A DNA stretch of 64,000 bases, taken from an uncultured Actinomycetota bacterium (GTDB lineage: Bacteria; Actinomycetota; UBA4738; HRBIN12). How positions within the stretch are numbered: position 1 is the first letter of the stretch; each line of letters starts with the position of its first letter. Positions 19,990-28,784 of this stretch are shown piece after piece. The notes below the pieces were generated by a model, which had not been told where the DNA came from, did no database searches, and worked only from the letters and a program-made list of their open reading frames with translations. The stretch is taken from positions 256,561 to 320,560 of the forward strand of contig CAVRUS010000011.1 of the NCBI GenBank assembly GCA_963724415.1, in the 5' to 3' direction. The position numbers and the translations under genes are program-made.

Positions 19990-21333
19990 ATGAAGGCTCG
20001 AGCCGTCTCGATCGTGACCGCCGCGGGACTCGCGGTGGTCGTCTTCGTGATCGGGGCTCTGGGTCCCGGATCGGCGGGATCTCCGGGGCCGGGTGCGACA
20101 TCGCTCGCGGCGCGGGCTTCGGGGGACGCGTTCCTGGTTCCCACCTCCGCCGCCGGGTCGATCGACGGGGCGATCGCGTCGCTCGAGTCTCGCCTCGACG
20201 CGGCCCCGGACGATTGGCAGGCATCGGCGGCGCTGGGGATCGCGTACGTGCAGCAGGCACGGGTCACTGCGGACCCGTCGGCCTATCCGGTCGCGGAGAC
20301 CGCCCTCCGCCGCTCCCTCGCGCTCCAGCCCACCGGCAACGCCGACGCACTCGTGGGACTCGGGACGCTGGCGGCCGCGCGCCACGACTTCGCCGCCGCC
20401 CTCCGATGGGGACGCCGGGCCGTCCGGACGGCTCCCTTCGATGCCGACGCCTACGGGCTCCTCGGCGATGCGCAGGTCGAGCTGGGGCGCTACGGAGCCG
20501 CGTTCGCCTCGTTCCAGCGGATGGTCGACACGCGACCCGATCTCGCGTCCTACGCCAGGGTGAGCTACGCCCTGGAGCTCCGGGGGAACGTGGCCGGCGC
20601 GATCGACGCGATGCGGGCAGCAGCCGACGTCGCCGCGGGCCCGGCCGACACCGCCTGGGCGGCGGCGCAGGTCGGCAAGCTCCACCTGGGGGCGGGACGG
20701 ATCGACCGGGCCGCGGAGTGGTTCCGTCGCGCGCGGGCGGCGGACCCCGGCTCGATGGAGGCGGAGGCCGGCCTCGCGATCGTGGCCTGGGCGTCCGGAG
20801 ACGTGCGGACGGCGATCGCGGGCTACGAGCGACTCACCACGCGGTTCCCCTCGCCGGAGCACGTCGCCACCCTCGGGGACCTCTACGAAGCCGCCGGGGA
20901 GACCGAGGCGGCGTCGGCTCAGTTCGAGCTCGTCCTGGCCGAGGCGCGGCTCTTCCGCGCGAACGGCGTGAACACCGACCTCGAGATCGCCCTGTTCCAC
21001 GCCGATCACCCCGGCACCGGCTCGGCGCGGGCCGCGCTCCGCGCGGCCCGCGCCGAGTGGGACCGCCGGAAGAGCGTCCACGTGGCGGACGCCCTGGCCT
21101 GGGCGCTCTACGCGAACGGCCGCTACCGGGAGGCCGCGGCCGCCTCGGAGCAGGCCCTCCGTCTCGGCACGCGGAACGCGTTGTTCCTGTTCCACGCGGG
21201 GATGATCAGGCTCCGGCTCGGCGACCGGAACGCCGCGCGCGCGCTCCTTCGCGACGCGTTCGAGGTGAACCCGTTCTTCTCGGTCCGCTTGTCGCCCGTG
21301 CTTCGGGCGACGCTGTCGCGGCTCGACGCTTGA
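19990..21333 (+). CDS. Tetratricopeptide-repeat protein with N-terminal signal/anchor
   Basis: Start by index arithmetic; Ala/Leu-rich TPR-like repeats; follows DUF4331. Confidence 0.65.
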   Translation: MKARAVSIVTAAGLAVVVFVIGALGPGSAGSPGPGATSLAARASGDAFLVPTSAAGSIDGAIASLESRLDAAPDDWQASAALGIAYVQQARVTADPSAYPVAETALRRSLALQPTGNADALVGLGTLAAARHDFAAALRWGRRAVRTAPFDADAYGLLGDAQVELGRYGAAFASFQRMVDTRPDLASYARVSYALELRGNVAGAIDAMRAAADVAAGPADTAWAAAQVGKLHLGAGRIDRAAEWFRRARAADPGSMEAEAGLAIVAWASGDVRTAIAGYERLTTRFPSPEHVATLGDLYEAAGETEAASAQFELVLAEARLFRANGVNTDLEIALFHADHPGTGSARAALRAARAEWDRRKSVHVADALAWALYANGRYREAAAASEQALRLGTRNALFLFHAGMIRLRLGDRNAARALLRDAFEVNPFFSVRLSPVLRATLSRLDA

Positions 21334-21336
21334 GGT

Positions 21337-22080
21337 CTACGCGGCCGCTTCCCAGATCGCGTTCCCCGGCGTGGCCGGCTGGGCGCCTTCGACCTCGAGC
21401 GTGATGAAGATGCGGTCGTACCGCGATCGGTCGAACGGCACCTCGACGACCGTCATCTCCGGGCGAGGGAGGAACGTCCCGGCGAAGACGAGGTCGGTGC
21501 CGTCGGAGAGCCAGATCCCGTAGACCAAGCCCGCCGGCGGCGCCGGGACGTCCTCGCCGATCAGATAGAAGCGGTCCTCGTCGGGTGCGGTGATCTCGGA
21601 GACGGGGGCCGGGCTCTCGGCCGCATCGGCACCTCCGAGCGGCGCGGTGTCGGCGCCCGGGCGCTGCGAGAACGCCAGGGCCTCGCGCAGCAGGTCGTTG
21701 CTGTCCTGCAGGTTGCCGGCCCGGAAGCCCATCGACACGGCCACGCCTCCCATCACGAGGATCGCGGCGACGCCGGATGCCACCACCGCCCACCGTCCGG
21801 GGGACTGGCGGGGGCTCGCCGGCTCGAGCTCGCGATGCAGGCGGGGCAGGAGGGTGTCCGGCGGCGGCATCGGGTCGGCGCCGAGCGCCAGGTCCGCCAC
21901 GGTCTCGCTGAACGCCGCGAGCGTCTCGCGGCATCGGTCGCAGCCGGGCACGTGCTGGGAGAGGAGACGGTCGGCTTCCGCGGCGTCGTCCCCGCTCAGG
22001 CTCCGGAGCACGTAGCCGGCGAGGAGCTCGTCGATCCGCTCGTCCTGGTGCGGGTCCGGCGGTGTTCCCGTGGTCGTCAC
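21337..22080 (-). CDS. Anti-sigma factor (RskA-like, zinc-finger type)
   Basis: N-terminal H-x3-C-x2-C anti-sigma zinc motif (HVPGCDRCRE), a single TM helix, and 4-nt overlap with the ECF sigma gene. Confidence 0.7.
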   Translation of the reverse strand: MTTTGTPPDPHQDERIDELLAGYVLRSLSGDDAAEADRLLSQHVPGCDRCRETLAAFSETVADLALGADPMPPPDTLLPRLHRELEPASPRQSPGRWAVVASGVAAILVMGGVAVSMGFRAGNLQDSNDLLREALAFSQRPGADTAPLGGADAAESPAPVSEITAPDEDRFYLIGEDVPAPPAGLVYGIWLSDGTDLVFAGTFLPRPEMTVVEVPFDRSRYDRIFITLEVEGAQPATPGNAIWEAAA

Positions 22081-22667
22081 GCGTCTCCTCGATCGTCTTC
22101 CGGATCGTTTGGGCCGAGGATGCCGCGGAGCCTGCGGAGCGCCGCGAACGTCCTCGTCTTCACCGTGCCGAGCGGGATCCCGAGATCCTCGGCGATCCGG
22201 ACCTGCGTCATGCCTCGGAAGTAAGCCATCTCGAGCACCTGGCGTTGCTCTGCGGAAATGTCCTGGAGCGCGTCCCGGACCTCGCGTCGGCGTCCGGCGA
22301 CGAAGTCCTCGTCGACGATGCGCTCCGAGTGGTCTTCGTCCTCGACCGGCTGGAGGTTCGCCGCCCGGTCGTGGCGCGCCCGGAGCCGCTCCTCGCGCCG
22401 GATCGTGTCGACCGCTCGATGGTGCACGAGCGCGAGGAAGAAGGTGCGGAACGCCCCTCGAGTGGCGTCGAACGCCTCCGGGGCGCGCCAGAGCGCCAGG
22501 AACGCGTCGTGGACCACGTCCTGGGCCAACAGCTGTTGCCCCGTGAGCCGATACGCGATCCCGTAGGCGGTCGGGGAGTAGCGGCGGTAGAGCTCGTCGA
22601 ACGCGCCGCGATCGCCCGCGGAGAGGCGCCGATGCAGCTCCAGGTCCTCAGGGTCGCCCTCTCTCAT
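22077..22667 (-). CDS. RNA polymerase ECF sigma-70 factor
   Basis: Sigma-70 regions 2 and 4 are recognisable; co-transcribed with the anti-sigma gene. Confidence 0.85.
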   Translation of the reverse strand: MREGDPEDLELHRRLSAGDRGAFDELYRRYSPTAYGIAYRLTGQQLLAQDVVHDAFLALWRAPEAFDATRGAFRTFFLALVHHRAVDTIRREERLRARHDRAANLQPVEDEDHSERIVDEDFVAGRRREVRDALQDISAEQRQVLEMAYFRGMTQVRIAEDLGIPLGTVKTRTFAALRRLRGILGPNDPEDDRGDA

Positions 22668-22698
22668 CGGCCTCGGCGCGGCACGCTACCATCGGCCG

Positions 22699-22998
22699 AT
22701 GCCGAGCCCGCAGGGACCGGACCGCGGCTCGACCCCGGGCGAGGCGCATCGAGTGGTCCTGTACACGCGGCCCGGGTGTCATCTCTGCGACGTCGCTCGT
22801 GAGGTGGTCCTGTCCCTCCGGCAGCGGTTGGGGTTCGCCTTCGACGAGATCGATATCGAGGGCGACGATGAGCTCGAGCTGGAGTACGGGATCCGGATCC
22901 CCGTGATCGAGGTCGATGGCGAGGAGGAGTTCGAGGTCACCGTGGATCCGGGGCAGCTCGCCGCATTGCTTGCCGGCCCGGAGCCACGGCGCTCGTGA
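22699..22998 (+). CDS. Glutaredoxin-like thioredoxin-fold protein (DUF836-type, CxxC)
   Basis: YTRPGCHLCD CxxC motif within a small thioredoxin fold. Confidence 0.55.
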   Translation: MPSPQGPDRGSTPGEAHRVVLYTRPGCHLCDVAREVVLSLRQRLGFAFDEIDIEGDDELELEYGIRIPVIEVDGEEEFEVTVDPGQLAALLAGPEPRRS

Positions 22999-23061
22999 AC
23001 TCGTGAAACGGCCGGAGCATTTCGGCTAGGCTCCCTCCATGAGCCACTGTCCGGGCCGCTC

Positions 23062-23745
23062 GTGAGGGATCGGTCGATCCCCGAAGCCACGGTCGGGCGG
23101 CTGCCGCGCTACCTCCAGGCACTCGCGGGGATGGCTGCGGACGGGACCACGGTGGCGTCCTCGGAGGAGCTGGCCCTGGCCGCCGGGGTCACCTCGGCCA
23201 AGGTCCGGAAGGACCTCTCGCACCTCGGCTCCTACGGCACGCGCGGGGTCGGCTACGACATCGCGTACCTGATCCATCAGATCCGCCGGGAGCTCGGCCT
23301 CACGCAGGACTGGGGCATCGCGATCGCCGGGATCGGGAACCTCGGCCACGCCCTCGCGAACTACAAGGGGTTCGCCGACCGGGGCTTCCGCGTCTCCGCG
23401 CTGGTGGACGTCGACCCGGCCAAGGTCGGCGAGCGGGTCGGGGAGCTCGAGGTGGTGCACATCGACGACCTCCCCGCGCTCGTGGAGGACCGCGCGATCG
23501 CGATCGGCGTGATCGCGACACCGGCGACCGCCGTGCAGGACGTGGGCGATCGGATGGTCGCCGCAGGGATCCGCTCGATCCTCAACTTCGCGCCCGCTCC
23601 GCTCGTCGCCCCGCCCGGCGTCTCCGTCCGGTCGGTGGACCTGGCGGTCGAGCTCCAGATCCTGGCCTACTACGAGCAGCGGAAGGCGGCGCTCGCCGAC
23701 GTCCGGCGTCGAGGCGGGGCGGTGGCGCTCGCCCCGACGAGCTGA
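23062..23745 (+). CDS. rex: Redox-sensing transcriptional repressor Rex
   Basis: N-terminal winged helix (RLPRYLQAL) and a Rossmann GIGNLG NADH-binding motif. Confidence 0.85.
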   Translation: MRDRSIPEATVGRLPRYLQALAGMAADGTTVASSEELALAAGVTSAKVRKDLSHLGSYGTRGVGYDIAYLIHQIRRELGLTQDWGIAIAGIGNLGHALANYKGFADRGFRVSALVDVDPAKVGERVGELEVVHIDDLPALVEDRAIAIGVIATPATAVQDVGDRMVAAGIRSILNFAPAPLVAPPGVSVRSVDLAVELQILAYYEQRKAALADVRRRGGAVALAPTS

Positions 23746-23767
23746 TCGACGGGAGCCCGGGACCGGG

Positions 23768-23875
23768 CTACTTCGCGATCGTGATCCAGAGGACGACGAA
23801 GACGACCAGGATCATCACGCCGAGCAGGATGAATTGGATGCTCCCCTGATCCAGGAGCGGTACCTGACCGATCAC
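23768..23875 (-). CDS. 35-aa hydrophobic micro-protein (single TM), last gene of the b6f-like operon
   Basis: GTG start preceded by a strong SD (AGGGGAGGTGGGAGC); translation VIGQVPLLDQGSIQFILLGVMILVVFVVLWITIAK. Position at the operon end resembles small cytochrome bc/b6f subunits. Confidence 0.35.
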   Translation of the reverse strand: MIGQVPLLDQGSIQFILLGVMILVVFVVLWITIAK

Positions 23876-23909
23876 GCTCCCACCTCCCCTCGTCCTCCGT
23901 GGAGCCCCG

Positions 23910-24644
23910 TCATGCCGGTCCGTACCACGGCGGCGCCGCGCCGCCCGTGAGGAACTCTTTCCGCTTCTTCTCGGCCCTGTCCAGCAAGGGCAGATGGATC
24001 GCGAACAGGATCACCGATCCGACGAGGAACATGTAGGAGTACTTGGGGACGCTCCCTTCGTCGTGGTACAGCGACACGGTCCACAGCGGTCCTCCCTCGA
24101 GGAAGTGCGCGCGCGCGACCGCGAGCTGTGTGCCATCGGCATCCGCGAAGGAGATCGAGTCGACCGCGAAGTCGACGCCACTCACGGCCGTCGGGTCGGA
24201 CTCGGGGATCTCGAGCTCCACGTTGGCCTCTTCCGCGAGGAAGTCGCTCACGATCCCGGTCACGGATTGCACCTCGGCGGCATCCTCGCCGGGTGCGGGC
24301 TGCTCCCACGGCGCATCCGGGTAGGCCGCGAACTCCTCGTACCGGTCGCTGGTGGAATCGATCGATGCCAGGAGCGGGACCCAGGCGGGTTCCGCGCCGC
24401 GGGGGCCGAGGTTGACGGGCGTATCCGGACCCTGCGAGTAGAAACCGAACGCCCAGAGCGCCGAGAGCATGATCATCCAGCCCGAGAGCGAGACCATCAG
24501 GACCAGGTACCCCATCCATCGACCCAGGACCGCGGTCAGGAGCAGGTAGACGCTGCCCACGAACAGGGTGAGGCTCATCAGAACCACGCCGATGCCCTTG
24601 GCGAGGATGCCGCAATCGATGTTGAAGCCGAGACAGGTCTCCAT
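23910..24644 (-). CDS. Integral membrane protein (3 N-terminal TM helices plus one C-terminal), unknown function; in the cytochrome complex operon
   Basis: Internal ATG by index arithmetic, 1-nt overlap with the cyt c stop (METCLGFNIDCGILAKG...). Confidence 0.5.
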   Translation of the reverse strand: METCLGFNIDCGILAKGIGVVLMSLTLFVGSVYLLLTAVLGRWMGYLVLMVSLSGWMIMLSALWAFGFYSQGPDTPVNLGPRGAEPAWVPLLASIDSTSDRYEEFAAYPDAPWEQPAPGEDAAEVQSVTGIVSDFLAEEANVELEIPESDPTAVSGVDFAVDSISFADADGTQLAVARAHFLEGGPLWTVSLYHDEGSVPKYSYMFLVGSVILFAIHLPLLDRAEKKRKEFLTGGAAPPWYGPA

Positions 24645-25354
24645 CACGGATCCCTCGGGTTCGGGCCGCTCGGGTTCTCGAGCGCCGCCGCGGATGCTTC
24701 CTCGTTCAAGCAGACGTTCTGCTCGAAGGGCACGTTCTCGGACGAGAGCTCGACGAGATAGACGACGATGTCGTTGATCTGTTGGTCGTCGAGCGCGCCC
24801 TCGTACCGGATGCTCCAGGACGGCATGCCGTTCTCGATCCTGCCCTCCCGGATCACCTGGTAGATGTCCTCCGTCGAGTAGATCGCGGCGTGCCCGGTGT
24901 TCGGGCCCCCGCAGATGGTGGAGAGGTTCGGCGGGAACGCGAACCCGTCCCGCAGCGGGATGATGCCCCCGGTCAGCTCCGGCCCGTGGCACCGGACGCA
25001 CCCGACGCCGAGCTGGTTCTCCTCCGAGAACGGCAGGACGGCGCGCGCCCCGCGGTCGAGGGCGAGCTCCTTCAGCTCTTGCTCCTGGTTCAGGTTCGTC
25101 GACGGCTCGAAGATCCACGTGGCCGGGATCCAGATCACGAAGAACGCCAGCATCACGACGCTCCACCCCTGGAGCTTCTGGAGCAGCGGCGTCTCGAGCG
25201 CGGCATCCGAGGGACCCGGCCGGAGGGCCTCGGGGATGTCGGGCCCCGTCTCACGGGTCCGCTGCCGGAGCGCGAGGCCCGCGACCGCGGCGACGGCGAT
25301 CAGCCCGCCGACGATCAGGAGAACGACCCCTGCGGTGGTCGAGAGTGCGAGCAT
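24644..25354 (-). CDS. Membrane-anchored monoheme cytochrome c
   Basis: Internal ATG by index arithmetic; N-terminal TM helix; single CxxCH (GCVRCHG). Confidence 0.75.
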   Translation of the reverse strand: MLALSTTAGVVLLIVGGLIAVAAVAGLALRQRTRETGPDIPEALRPGPSDAALETPLLQKLQGWSVVMLAFFVIWIPATWIFEPSTNLNQEQELKELALDRGARAVLPFSEENQLGVGCVRCHGPELTGGIIPLRDGFAFPPNLSTICGGPNTGHAAIYSTEDIYQVIREGRIENGMPSWSIRYEGALDDQQINDIVVYLVELSSENVPFEQNVCLNEEASAAALENPSGPNPRDP

Positions 25355-25379
25355 CGTTCCCGTCGCCCCTATGCCTTCC

Positions 25380-26111
25380 TCATCCTGGCGCCACGCAGAA
25401 GGCGCCTTGCGGCGGCTGGTCGATCGTGTCGGTCCCTCGCGCGGGGCCGAGGACCACCTCGGACGTGTCGACCAGCACGCGCCCGCCGACGATCTCCATG
25501 TGGAACCGGTCCATGCCGCGAGGCGCCGGCCCGAGCTGGTACTCGCCCGCCGAGTTGTACTTCGAGCCGTGGCACGGGCACTCGAACCACTTCGACTGGC
25601 CGCAGAACGGGACGCGGCACCCCAGGTGCACGCACCGCTGGTAGAGCGGCATGATGCCATCACTCGTCACGCCCTCGGCCGCGTAGTCGGCGCCCCCATT
25701 CGGTGTGCCGTTGTACGGCACCACGTAGAAGCGGCCGGTCCCCACGTAGAACGGCTCGCCGGAGCTGACGGCGGCTTTGATCTCCGCGAGGTCGCCGGCA
25801 TCGATCAGGGCTCCGAACCCGCCCTTCAGGCTGGGCCACAGGAACGCGACCGAAGCGCCTCCGAACTGCGCGCCGAACACGAGGAGCGACGCGATCAGGG
25901 ACTTGCGGAAGAAGTCGCGGCGCGAGACCGCGGGGGGGCGGCTCGTGGGCGGAGGCAGCCCCGCGGCTTTCGCCTGCGACGCGGCGACGGCCTCCTGCTG
26001 CCGATTGTACGAACGGAGCGAGACGACGAAGAACGAGATCGCGAAGATCAAGACCGCGACCAGGGCCGCGATCGCGGCCACGAGCCCGGCGGATGCGGCG
26101 AGGGTGCTCAC
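25380..26111 (-). CDS. Rieske [2Fe-2S] iron-sulfur protein
   Basis: Rieske boxes CVHLGC and CPCHGS; internal Tat-like SRRDFF after an N-terminal TM helix; GTG 26111 forms a GTGA overlap with the upstream gene. Confidence 0.8.
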   Translation of the reverse strand: MSTLAASAGLVAAIAALVAVLIFAISFFVVSLRSYNRQQEAVAASQAKAAGLPPPTSRPPAVSRRDFFRKSLIASLLVFGAQFGGASVAFLWPSLKGGFGALIDAGDLAEIKAAVSSGEPFYVGTGRFYVVPYNGTPNGGADYAAEGVTSDGIMPLYQRCVHLGCRVPFCGQSKWFECPCHGSKYNSAGEYQLGPAPRGMDRFHMEIVGGRVLVDTSEVVLGPARGTDTIDQPPQGAFCVAPG

Positions 26112-26686
26112 AGGTCGAAGAACACCCCTTGCGCCCACGGCCAGACCCAGTTGTAGCCGGGGCCGCGGAAGAAGGAGCCGATGATCGTCAGCACGGCGCC
26201 GAACATGAACAGCACCGTGAACATCGTGAGCGCGATCTTCCGGTCACCGGGACGCGTGCTCGGGTTCCGATCGACGAAGGGGACGGCCGCCAGGCCGATC
26301 AAGATGAACGTCGGGATCGAGATCCCGGCCACCATCGGATGGAAGTAGCGGAGCAGCTCCTGGAGTCCGAGGAAGTACCAGGGAGCCTTCGAGGGGTTCG
26401 GCGTGAGGTTCGCGTTCGCCAGCTCGCGGAGCGGCGCGTTCAGGAACGTCGAGAACACCACGAGGCCGACGGAGAGCACGAACATCGCGACGAACTCTTC
26501 GAGCAGCAGGTGGGGCCACACGTTGACGCGGTCACCCTGCTCGCGCTCGACCCGCTGGATCCCCTCCGGCGGCACGAGCGCGAGGAGCCGGTGCTTCTCC
26601 GGCGCGCCCTTCTTGGGGGTCGGGATGTTCCCCGTCGGCAGCGGGGCCGTGCGCGTCGGAGCGCTCACGGGCGCCGCCGCGACCAT
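26108..26686 (-). CDS. Cytochrome b6-f subunit IV-like protein (C-terminal half of a split cytochrome b)
   Basis: PetD/QcrC-type motifs (NVWPHLLLEEF, PWYFLGLQELLRYF); start at internal ATG 26686 by index arithmetic. Confidence 0.75.
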   Translation of the reverse strand: MVAAAPVSAPTRTAPLPTGNIPTPKKGAPEKHRLLALVPPEGIQRVEREQGDRVNVWPHLLLEEFVAMFVLSVGLVVFSTFLNAPLRELANANLTPNPSKAPWYFLGLQELLRYFHPMVAGISIPTFILIGLAAVPFVDRNPSTRPGDRKIALTMFTVLFMFGAVLTIIGSFFRGPGYNWVWPWAQGVFFDL

Positions 26687-26952
26687 CGCGGCCTGAGCGG
26701 TGCTGCCGCCGGTGCTGCTCCCACAGCCGCGGGCGTCTGTGCCGGGGCACCGCCGTTGCCGTCTGTGGCAGCCGCGGCCGGAGCGGGTGCGGCAGCTGCT
26801 GCCTCCTCCTCGGGATGCGCGGCCTTGTAGGCGCGGACCGCCGCCGACCGGGCACGCCCCTCGGCGACGCGCTTGTCGGTGCCGGCGTCCAGCTGCTCCT
26901 TCAGGACGCGGTCGAAGACCTCCTGGTCGAGCGGGGTGTCCTCTCTCGCCAT
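26665..26952 (-). CDS. Hypothetical 95-aa ORF between the cytochrome b6 and subunit IV genes (Ala/Pro-rich tail); possibly a frameshifted N-terminal extension of subunit IV
   Basis: In a different frame from subunit IV and overlapping its start by 22 nt; the N-terminal 50 aa look protein-like, the rest is low-complexity. Confidence 0.2.
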   Translation of the reverse strand: MAREDTPLDQEVFDRVLKEQLDAGTDKRVAEGRARSAAVRAYKAAHPEEEAAAAAPAPAAAATDGNGGAPAQTPAAVGAAPAAAPLRPRWSRRRP

Positions 26953-26961
26953 CGCCGTCTC

Positions 26962-27732
26962 CTAGAGGGGTCCCGAGATCCCGCCGTCCTTGCGGATCCG
27001 CCAGAAGTGGACCGCCAGGAACAGCACCAATACGAACGGCAGCGCCAGCACGTGGAGGACGTACCAGCGGAGCAGCGTCTCCGGTCCGACGACGACGCCG
27101 CCGAGCAGCACGATGTTGAACTGCTTCGCGATGAACGGTGAGTACCCGGCGAGCGAGGTCCCGACGGTGACCGCCCAGATCGCGAGCTGGTCCCACGGCA
27201 GCAGGTACCCGGTGAACGACAGGCCGAGCGTGAGGAACAGCAGGACCACGCCGACGACCCAGTTGAACTCCCGCGGGGGCTTGTACGCGCCGGTGTAGAA
27301 GACCCGCGCCATGTGCAGCGTCACGCTGAAGACCATCAGGTGCGCACCCCAGCGATGGAGGTTGCGCACGAAGTCCCCGAGGAACACCGTCGTGCGGATC
27401 CCCTGCATGTCCGTGTACGCCTGCGCGCCGCCGATGTCGGCCATCGGCCGGTAGAAGAACATCAGGAAGATGCCGGTGATCGTGAGGAGGATGAACAGGA
27501 AGAAGGAGAGGCCCCCGAGGCAGAACGTGTAGGTCAGTTTCAGCCCGTGCCGTTTCACCTTCACCGGGTGGAGGTGGTACAGGACGTTGTTCATCGTCGC
27601 GAGGGCGCGATCGCGCGACGTGTCCTTGTAGCCCTTCCGGAAGATCGAGCCCGGCCGGAAGATCGACTTCCAGACCTCTGTCTCCCGGAGACGGTCGCCG
27701 AGCTCGCTCGGCGACGGGGGCTTCAACTTCAA
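26962..27732 (-). CDS. Cytochrome b6-like protein (N-terminal half of a split cytochrome b)
   Basis: TTG start after GAGAGGGGGAA; heme-ligand helices ([10 protein letters not shown]...FFYRP...HRWGAHLMV...). Confidence 0.8.
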   Translation of the reverse strand: MKLKPPSPSELGDRLRETEVWKSIFRPGSIFRKGYKDTSRDRALATMNNVLYHLHPVKVKRHGLKLTYTFCLGGLSFFLFILLTITGIFLMFFYRPMADIGGAQAYTDMQGIRTTVFLGDFVRNLHRWGAHLMVFSVTLHMARVFYTGAYKPPREFNWVVGVVLLFLTLGLSFTGYLLPWDQLAIWAVTVGTSLAGYSPFIAKQFNIVLLGGVVVGPETLLRWYVLHVLALPFVLVLFLAVHFWRIRKDGGISGPL

Positions 27733-27760
27733 CGCGTTCCCCCTCTCGCAGCCGGCGCGA

Positions 27761-28156
27761 TCATTCCTCCGCCGCCTGGGACGTCGGGACCTCGGCCATC
27801 GTGCGCCTGCCGCCGGAACCCTCCGGCAGCCGCGCATAGTACAGGGTGTCCGTCGGGCACCGGTCCACGCACACGGAGCACCGCGTGCAGGCGTTGTCGT
27901 CGACCACGAAGATCGCCGTCGAGTTGTGCACCTCGGCCCCCGACGCCGGTGTCTCGGCGCCCTCGACGATGTCCGGAGCCAGCATGTAGATGCAGTTCCA
28001 CGGGCAGACGTCCTCGCAGGCGCGGCACAGGATGCAGTTGTCGGGGTCCAGCATCAGGTGCTTCGGGGACTTCACGCCCTCCGCGAGCCACGCGGGGTCG
28101 ACGGCCTCCAGCGTGTAGTCCTCGTGGATGTCGACCTCGGTCTTGGTGAACGGCAT
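27761..28156 (-). CDS. 2[4Fe-4S] ferredoxin-domain protein
   Basis: Two CxxCxxCxxxCP clusters ([12 protein letters not shown] and [12 protein letters not shown]). Confidence 0.75.
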   Translation of the reverse strand: MPFTKTEVDIHEDYTLEAVDPAWLAEGVKSPKHLMLDPDNCILCRACEDVCPWNCIYMLAPDIVEGAETPASGAEVHNSTAIFVVDDNACTRCSVCVDRCPTDTLYYARLPEGSGGRRTMAEVPTSQAAEE

Positions 28157-28168
28157 CTTCCCGGCCTC

Positions 28169-28609
28169 CTACCGGTACCCACCGGTGGGGCGAACGTCTC
28201 CGGACTGTCCGCGGAGCCTGCGGCGCCAGTTCTGCAGGACACCCGCGACGACGAGCACGATGACGACCGGCATGGTCGTGAGGCCCATCGCGATCGCGTC
28301 ACGCAGCATCAGGAGTCCCTCCTGGGAGAGCCACAGGAACGAGCCCTTCGAGAAGAAGGCGCCGCTCGTGTTGAACGGGTCACGCAGGAACGCCTCGAGG
28401 TCGGTCGGTCCCTGCCACCCGAGGATCTGCTCGGCGTAGTACATCCACCACGACGCGACCACCGCGCTCATGATCAGCAGGAAGAACAGGAGCGCCAGCG
28501 AGAACAGGACCGCGCTCGTCCACGACCACTCGAAGTCCCGCAGGAACGACTCCACATGGCGCTTGACGGTTCGGATCGGCGATCTGGTTGCGGTGTCGAC
28601 CTGGCTCAT
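28169..28609 (-). CDS. Small membrane protein (2 TM), first gene of the cytochrome complex operon
   Basis: Internal ATG 28609 by index arithmetic (MSQVDTATRS...); hydrophobic helices. Confidence 0.45.
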   Translation of the reverse strand: MSQVDTATRSPIRTVKRHVESFLRDFEWSWTSAVLFSLALLFFLLIMSAVVASWWMYYAEQILGWQGPTDLEAFLRDPFNTSGAFFSKGSFLWLSQEGLLMLRDAIAMGLTTMPVVIVLVVAGVLQNWRRRLRGQSGDVRPTGGYR

Positions 28610-28692
28610 GCGCTCGCTTGCTCCATGGGCGGGCGAATCATACAACCGGGCCTCGGAGGGCCTCGCGTCCCGGCTCGGCCCCCGCCTCCCAC

Positions 28693-28710
28693 TCGTGAAG
28701 GTTTTCACGA
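28693..28710. promoter_or_regulatory. Rex-type operator palindrome TCGTGAA-GGTT-TTCACGA in the divergent intergenic region between the b6f-like operon and ccdA
   Basis: Perfect inverted repeat matching the Rex operator consensus TTGTGAAnnnnTTCACAA; rex is encoded in this window. Confidence 0.6.
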
Positions 28711-28784
28711 GCAGGTCCACACTATGTCGCGCCCGGGGCTCAGACAACCCGGTGCGCGAGCACGGCGATGGGAAACTGAGCACG

